Virus record (IMG/VR): IMGVR_UViG_3300043427_003273
Coordinates: 36,902 to 100,901 of that record
DNA from: a virus
Direction: 5' to 3' (one strand)
DNA: 64,000 nucleotides
This document shows, in pieces, positions 59,593-64,000 of this stretch. The notes under the pieces are model-generated. The model saw only the letters and a list, made by a program, of their open reading frames with translations, did no database searches and had not been told where the DNA came from. Position numbers and translations under genes: made by a program. Every line of letters begins with the position of its first letter. Within the stretch, counting starts at the first letter, position 1.

Positions 59593-59729
59593 AGAAACTC
59601 CATCATGTAGTAATCAACAGTTACTTCCTGTTCTGCTGCTAATTCTTCCAATGCCATATCAAAGGCATTGTCAATCTCATTCTTTTGATCCTCATGATCA
59701 CAGAAGAGATCTAATGTTGATTCATTCAT
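59589..59729 (-). CDS. Acidic micro-protein (46 aa)
   Basis: MNESTLDLF...EVTVDYYMMEFL; downstream of TTGACA-18-TATACT (59800-59829). Confidence 0.7.
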   Translation of the reverse strand: MNESTLDLFCDHEDQKNEIDNAFDMALEELAAEQEVTVDYYMMEFL

Positions 59730-59799
59730 GGTGGTGAGTGTTTTAGAGGTCTCTGAGATCTTATAAGAGTTAATAACCCTTATCAACCTCGACAAGGCA

Positions 59800-59829
59800 A
59801 GTATAGCATCAATCAGCATACCCTGTCAA
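59800..59829 (-). promoter_or_regulatory. Sigma70-type early promoter
   Basis: TTGACA-18 bp-TGcTATACT. Confidence 0.8.
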
Positions 59830-59955
59830 GCCCCCTCGGTGTGTTGGACGAAACCAACATAAGACCCTTATGGGGGATCTGATGCCAACCCTGTGCCACT
59901 TGCAGAAGTGTCCACAATGCGGGTTTTGCGGGGTGTTCAATGCTTATAATACGGA

Positions 59956-60067
59956 GACAATCAAATGAGAGGTGGGGTAACCTTGTTGATTAAATGTTCG
60001 ACACTGAACCTGCAATAAAATAATTATCATAAGATACTAAAAAGGATCCCTGATATCAGGAATCCTT
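59956..60067 (+). ncRNA. Candidate ~110-nt RNA or 17-aa peptide mRNA
   Basis: TATAAT at 59945, 29 bp from palindrome 59892; ends at hairpin 60039-60067; only ORF is 59965-60018. Confidence 0.4.
60039..60067 (-). terminator. Terminator hairpin, possibly bidirectional
   Basis: AAGGATTCCTGATATCAGGGATCCTTTTT on the minus strand. Confidence 0.75.
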
Positions 60068-60102
60068 ATGTGTGTATTCTCGTCGAGATTTTTATGATAT
60101 AT

Positions 60103-60273
60103 TCACCACCTATCAGGGCATGAGAGATCTTCCACATAACTGGAAACTTTCTCATTTGCTTGAAGATCCAGAACTTTATTCCAATCAATTTGATGTGGAT
60201 CAAAGTCATCGAGTGCTTCAATTTCCAATGTGACTCTATACTTTTGTTTTTGCATTGCACGATAGACAGACAT
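60103..60273 (-). CDS. Conserved cyanophage small protein (56 aa)
   Basis: MSVY...KYRVTLEIEALDDFDPHQIDWNKVLDLQ; promoter TTGACA-17-TAAACT at 60302-60330. Confidence 0.75.
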   Translation of the reverse strand: MSVYRAMQKQKYRVTLEIEALDDFDPHQIDWNKVLDLQANEKVSSYVEDLSCPDRW

Positions 60274-60393
60274 AAGAACCTCGGGGAATTGGAACATATT
60301 CAGTTTATCATGATGTGGGTGGGGTGTCAACTGTTCTTATGTATATCTCGTCGAGATTATTTGAGATCTTATGTGAGCATAAGATAACATAAG

Positions 60394-60455
60394 AAAAAAG
60401 ATGATCTCGATGGTATTTGTTGAGCATCATCGAGATTCACCTTGGTTAACCCACC
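60394..60455 (-). ncRNA. Candidate ~60-nt small RNA
   Basis: TTGACA-17-TATGAT (60462-60490), then ATCTCGATG/CATCGAGAT stem and a U6 tract; no ORF. Confidence 0.5.
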
Positions 60456-60609
60456 GAAGACATCATAAGACATCTATGGGAATCTGTCAACCCCTGTTCT
60501 TATGAGATGTGTGAGAATCTCGACATGCCTGGGTGATTAGGAGATCTTATGTGATAAGGAGTTCTTATGTGAAAAAATGTCTCGGGGTCCAGAAAAAAAA
60601 TCGTCCCCC

Positions 60610-60638
60610 TTGACAAAAAAACCATCGTGTGTTATAAT
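60610..60638 (+). promoter_or_regulatory. Perfect-consensus sigma70 promoter with extended -10
   Basis: TTGACA-17 bp-TATAAT with TGn. Confidence 0.9.
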
Positions 60639-60658
60639 AGGCGGTCTAAGATCACAAG

Positions 60659-60777
60659 ATCCCGACGCATTTATAATGATATAATGTGAATCTCGACGCA
60701 TTTATAAGATATAAAAGAACACATAAGAACACATATGATATGATGTGAATCTAGTAGAGATATGATGTGAATCTAGT
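60659..60777. repeat. AT-rich tandem repeat cluster
   Basis: CGACGCATTTATAA x2, AAGAACACATA x2, GATATGATGTGAATCTAGT x2 (60737 and 60759). Confidence 0.85.
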
Positions 60778-60833
60778 TGAGAACCTTTTATTTATACCAT
60801 AAAATTGTGAGCAAAACATAACACAAACCATAT

Positions 60834-60865
60834 TTTTCCACAAAGTTTTCCACAGGTTTTCCACA
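60834..60865 (+). promoter_or_regulatory. Three tandem DnaA-box-like 9-mers (TTTTCCACA)
   Basis: Copies at 60834, 60846 and 60857 (11-12 bp period); two more at 61017 and 61029 (one mismatch). Confidence 0.65.
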
Positions 60866-60938
60866 ATGACATACATCCTGATCCCATCTATGTGCATGTC
60901 ATACCATACATAATCTAGTACACTTGAGAACACTGACT

Positions 60939-61511
60939 ATGACTAAGAAATGGTTAAATGAACTCAAAGGAATGCAATGCTATGAAGGATACTATATTAC
61001 ACCAGAAGGTCTGATCTTTTCCACAAAGTATTCCACAGATAGACAACTTAAATTTAATGATGTGAAAGAGTATAAGACCATACGATTGAGCAATGGTAAG
61101 GGTGAGAATCGTACCTTCTATGTTCATCGTCTTATTGCATTATCCTTTCTTCCGAATCCATCATGTGCAGTGAAGATCAGACATAAGAACGGAAACACAC
61201 ATGATAATCATGTGACTAACTTAGAATGGATTGTGAAGAAAAAGATCATTCGTAAGTATGATCCTATTAAGAGTAGAGAACGATATGAGAAGAATAAAAG
61301 CAAGAAAGAATATTTGGATCCATCTTGTCTAATTGTGAATAAGGACATGAGTGATAGAATACGTTTGATTCATTATGCCACAATACAAAAAGGACTCTCA
61401 ACACCTGTAGAAGATTATGACTTCTTCTATAAGATCTTACATGAGAGTTTGAATGAATATATTAACCGTTATGGTTTGAGACGTATTATGTTTCAACTTG
61501 GGAATAATTGA
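60939..61511 (+). CDS. HNH homing endonuclease (NUMOD4/I-HmuI-like)
   Basis: YYITPEGLIFS; VHRLIALSFLPNP...RHKNGNTHDNHVTNLEW; the only credible plus-strand gene. Confidence 0.85.
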   Translation: MTKKWLNELKGMQCYEGYYITPEGLIFSTKYSTDRQLKFNDVKEYKTIRLSNGKGENRTFYVHRLIALSFLPNPSCAVKIRHKNGNTHDNHVTNLEWIVKKKIIRKYDPIKSRERYEKNKSKKEYLDPSCLIVNKDMSDRIRLIHYATIQKGLSTPVEDYDFFYKILHESLNEYINRYGLRRIMFQLGNN

Positions 61512-61894
61512 GAAATGACGATTTCACCTTTGAAATGATTTTGTAGTTTTTTGATTTTTTCCTTGAATTTGTTTGGTGGGCAGGTTTGTCGTCCTAGGTT
61601 CATCAGACGTAACGTAATCACGACATTTCCAGGAATATATCCTTTCGACTCATCTAATCGGTCTAATGATGGTGCAAATGGATTTTGAGATTCATACACA
61701 CCATAAGGATCAATAGGATAATCAGACCAATAACATTTACCATCTTGACTCTTATATTGTTGTGCAATATATTGTTCGGTGATTGTCACATCCAATGGTT
61801 CAGTTCTTTTGATTCCATTCTTTTTCTCTTGCCCTGGTTTTGCGGCGGACTTTGCTTTGGCAAGAAGTGTTTTCCATGGATTACGTTGTTTCAT
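61493..61894 (-). CDS. His-Me-finger/HNH-like endonuclease
   Basis: QDGKCYWS...PSLDRLDESKGYIPGNVV...MN. Confidence 0.7.
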   Translation of the reverse strand: MKQRNPWKTLLAKAKSAAKPGQEKKNGIKRTEPLDVTITEQYIAQQYKSQDGKCYWSDYPIDPYGVYESQNPFAPSLDRLDESKGYIPGNVVITLRLMNLGRQTCPPNKFKEKIKKLQNHFKGEIVISQLFPS

Positions 61895-62054
61895 GTCGTT
61901 TTTTACATACAGATCGTGCCCAGGCAGAAGCGAATGATTGAATCACAGAGCATGATTTCCCCACTTTACCACAATAGGGGCATGGTGTTGAATCAATGAT
62001 CTTTGGTTTTCTCTTTTTTGCGTTTTCTGCTTGTTTTCGTTTGTGGTGATTCAT
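61881..62054 (-). CDS. Small basic Cys-containing protein
   Basis: MNHHKRKQ...CPYC...C...C; ATGA-coupled. Confidence 0.6.
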   Translation of the reverse strand: MNHHKRKQAENAKKRKPKIIDSTPCPYCGKVGKSCSVIQSFASAWARSVCKKRHETT

Positions 62055-62359
62055 TCTTTGTTCAGGAACCACCAACCCAGACCAATCAGAATGGCAATCG
62101 GGAGAATAATATACCAATATGCCACAACTGCACCGATGGCAAATAGAATACCGATAATTGCCCATCCACCACTGCCCAGTTCGATGCCACCACCACCTCC
62201 GCCACCAGAACCACGGACTTCTCGCAAATTGATGATTTGCTCTGCACCGTAGATGTTTTTCAGTTGCTCATGTGCTCCATTGATCGTGTTGGCAGATACT
62301 TCGATGTCTTGATAACCCGAAGCACTACCCAACCAGCATTTCGCAGTCCATCGTGCCAT
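62051..62359 (-). CDS. Early membrane-anchored protein with poly-Gly linker
   Basis: AGGAG SD; MARWTAKCW...GSGGGGGGGIE followed by two hydrophobic segments. Confidence 0.75.
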   Translation of the reverse strand: MARWTAKCWLGSASGYQDIEVSANTINGAHEQLKNIYGAEQIINLREVRGSGGGGGGGIELGSGGWAIIGILFAIGAVVAYWYIILPIAILIGLGWWFLNKE

Positions 62360-62385
62360 AATGAGATTTCTCCTTGTGATGTGTG

Positions 62386-62422
62386 TATGATAGCATGAAA
62401 AAGGGGGATTTGACAATCCCCC
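62386..62422 (-). terminator. Terminator hairpin overlapping the next promoter
   Basis: GGGGGATTGTCAAATCCCCCTTTTT contains TTGTCA (-35); TGcTATCAT follows. Confidence 0.75.
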
Positions 62423-62429
62423 GTGTGAT

Positions 62430-62915
62430 TCACTTCATGTAAAGATAAGAACCTGCCCAATCAGCACGACGGTAACATTCCTCACGGGATTGCTTGTCCA
62501 TGAGATTGTAACGCACATGCTTGGCAGGCGATTTCCATGTTGCAGGTTTATACACTTCACCAGTGAATTTGTTCACAAAAGCATGAATGCTCTTTTGCTT
62601 CACACTGCCATCATGATTGACATTAGTTTCCGTTTCAATGCGAAGATACTTGCGACCTTCGACAATGTAGAAACTCATGCCATAATCATAAGTGCCATTG
62701 CGAATCTGCTCCAGGCACTTCTCATGATAACCCACATAAGACCCATCCACAATACCATTGTTGGCAATGGCATGTTGATGAGATTTCGTGGTGTAAAGAC
62801 GGAAGTTCTCATCCAGGGCATTGACCAGGGATTCAGTGTAACGAAGAACATCGTTCACTTGTGCTTCCACCACTGGACGGGTGGCAACGAAGTCAGAGAA
62901 GGTGCTGGTGGTCAT
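62430..62915 (-). CDS. Conserved cyanophage early protein
   Basis: GRKYLRI...SIHAFVNKFTGEVYKPATWKSPAKHVRYNL...ADWAGSYLY. Confidence 0.85.
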   Translation of the reverse strand: MTTSTFSDFVATRPVVEAQVNDVLRYTESLVNALDENFRLYTTKSHQHAIANNGIVDGSYVGYHEKCLEQIRNGTYDYGMSFYIVEGRKYLRIETETNVNHDGSVKQKSIHAFVNKFTGEVYKPATWKSPAKHVRYNLMDKQSREECYRRADWAGSYLYMK

Positions 62916-62999
62916 GGAAGGGGTGCCTCCTTGTGTATGAATGTATTGTAGGGCATCCTGGGTGCCAGTCGATGCCCTGTGTGCCAGTTTGCAAACCGT

Positions 63000-63170
63000 C
63001 TACTCTACGTTGCAGTCGGGATGCCAGTGTGCTTGTTGCTGACAATACCTTTCCTTGGGTGAATACCCATTTGCCTTGAACAGTGCATCATCACGTTGAA
63101 TCAGAAATGCGTTCCATCCAACAATCGCAGCAAAAGCAGCAATTCCAAAACCAATGTACTTAAGTTTCAT
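63000..63170 (-). CDS. Small membrane-anchored protein (56 aa)
   Basis: Not in ORF track. MKLKYIGFGIAAFAAIVGWNAFLIQRD...WHPDCNVE*. Confidence 0.7.
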   Translation of the reverse strand: MKLKYIGFGIAAFAAIVGWNAFLIQRDDALFKANGYSPKERYCQQQAHWHPDCNVE

Positions 63171-63177
63171 TTGTCAA

Positions 63178-63648
63178 TCACCAGGATGCACGATATTCAA
63201 ACTCCCAAGATTCGGGAGCATTCTTCAGAATCTTTTGAAGCATAAGAATCGTATTCTCCAAATCATCATAATAATACTGATCAAGTTCAGTGCCACCGAA
63301 GAAGAAACCAGATTGAGGAGGCAACAGTTCTCCTGCTCGACTCCTATCTTTCAACACAGTTTCACACCTCCACAGAAGCTCTACAAGAGCATCTTGAGAC
63401 ACATAGATGTCTTGACATTCATCTTTACCATTACCACACCTATCCACAAAATACTTGTGAATTTGATTTGCTTTCCTCCAATATGCAATTTGCAGTTTCA
63501 CTTCAGCAAATTGCAGATCATCAGAATCCAGGAACTTGGTTCCTTTCATCAGACGAGCAATGGATTTCACTTTCTTGCAATCATCTTCCTTGCTCCAAGA
63601 AGACGAAGAAACGAATTGCTTCGCATAGAGATACATGTCAAGTCCCAT
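63178..63648 (-). CDS. Conserved phage protein (MGLDMYL...YWRKANQIH...GFFFG...YRASW family)
   Basis: Start reassigned to ATG 63648 after AGGAG. Confidence 0.85.
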   Translation of the reverse strand: MGLDMYLYAKQFVSSSSWSKEDDCKKVKSIARLMKGTKFLDSDDLQFAEVKLQIAYWRKANQIHKYFVDRCGNGKDECQDIYVSQDALVELLWRCETVLKDRSRAGELLPPQSGFFFGGTELDQYYYDDLENTILMLQKILKNAPESWEFEYRASW

Positions 63649-63673
63649 GATAATGCTCCTGTGTGTAAGTGAA

Positions 63674-63835
63674 TCAGTTTTCAGGATAGAGTTTCCAACC
63701 ATCAGGTTGAATACCCATTTCTTCACAACGCACTTCATAAACAATGCGTTTCAGAAGACGCAGGGGCATTTCCTGCTCGATTGTTTTCTGAATGATGCGA
63801 CGGAGTTGTGCGTCTGTGGTAGTGTCAGTGACCAT
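63674..63835 (-). CDS. Small early protein (53 aa)
   Basis: Not in ORF track. MVTDTTTDAQLRRIIQKTIEQEMPL...; follows palindrome promoter 63897. Confidence 0.7.
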   Translation of the reverse strand: MVTDTTTDAQLRRIIQKTIEQEMPLRLLKRIVYEVRCEEMGIQPDGWKLYPEN

Positions 63836-63907
63836 TGGAGTGTCCGTTGATTACCTTGTTAGTATAAGGGCACCCTGCGTGGTGCTGGATGCCCTGTGTG
63901 CCAGTTC

Positions 63908-64000
63908 TTATGCTGTCACATAGTTGGGAATGTCAACACGTTCTGCGATGCCAAACATACCAGTTTTGTATGCTTTCCAGTTGTCATTCAGATCGAACAG
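63908..64000 (-). CDS. Partial early ORF (3' end only)
   Basis: ...DLNDNWKAYKTGMFGIAERVDIPNYVTA*; stop lies inside palindrome 63897. Confidence 0.55.
   Translation of the reverse strand: MFDLNDNWKAYKTGMFGIAERVDIPNYVTA

Larger units (their letters stand above)
54641..63920 (-). promoter_or_regulatory. Family of 12 early-promoter palindromes, consensus TGTGCCASTT-N4-ARSTGTCACA
   Basis: Copies start at 54641, 55447, 56004, 56555, 57970, 58433, 58675, 59185, 59480, 59892, 62980 and 63897, plus a degenerate copy at 55673. Each good copy lies 29-31 bp from a -10-like hexamer. Confidence 0.9.

Noticed and set aside
60659-60777. Mini-CRISPR interpretation of the tandem repeats
   Set aside because: Only pairs of different repeats, with no unique spacers of constant length
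60751-60933. 60-aa minus-strand ORF (VENLWKTLWKN)
   Set aside because: Its repetitive sequence is the translation of the TTTTCCACA boxes; no supporting signals, though not strictly excluded
54641-63920. Repeats as a CRISPR array, attC sites or CRP boxes
   Set aside because: Intervals are whole genes of irregular length; no cas or integrase in the window; no GTTRRRY cores; half-site spacing (TGTG-N16-CACA) is far longer than CRP's
1-64000. tRNA, rRNA or DGR/reverse-transcriptase elements
   Set aside because: No cloverleaf with a T-loop, rRNA-like stretch, RT motif or template/variable repeat pair recognised by eye; tRNAscan-SE and a self-alignment would settle this

Overview
Part of a T4-like cyanomyovirus (Kyanoviridae-type) genome, almost entirely on the minus strand. 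Bases 1-~53,450 hold the AT-rich late/structural module: uvsW, uvsY, g3, g23-g13, a VrlC-like giant, g8, two g7-related giants, g6 and g25, with (T/C)ATAAATA-type late promoters. Bases ~53,500-64,000 form a more GC-rich early region of about 30 small ORFs. Most of these sit in one- or few-gene units headed by a 24-bp palindrome fixed 29-31 bp upstream of a sigma70 -10 box. The most unusual signals are: (1) the early region almost completely lacks VGCB tetranucleotides, so nearly every GpC is TGC or GCA, with a sharp boundary near 53,525; (2) the palindrome-delimited cassette array, including one visibly chimeric promoter element; (3) a non-coding hub at ~59.9-61.0 kb with divergent consensus promoters, short candidate RNAs, tandem repeats and cyanobacterial-type DnaA boxes (TTTTCCACA), a candidate origin; (4) an unannotated NdhQ-like micro-protein after g23; (5) a candidate gp21-processed polyprotein between g16 and g17. 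No tRNA, rRNA, CRISPR array, intron or intein was recognised. All counts were made by eye and family assignments are from memory, not from searches.
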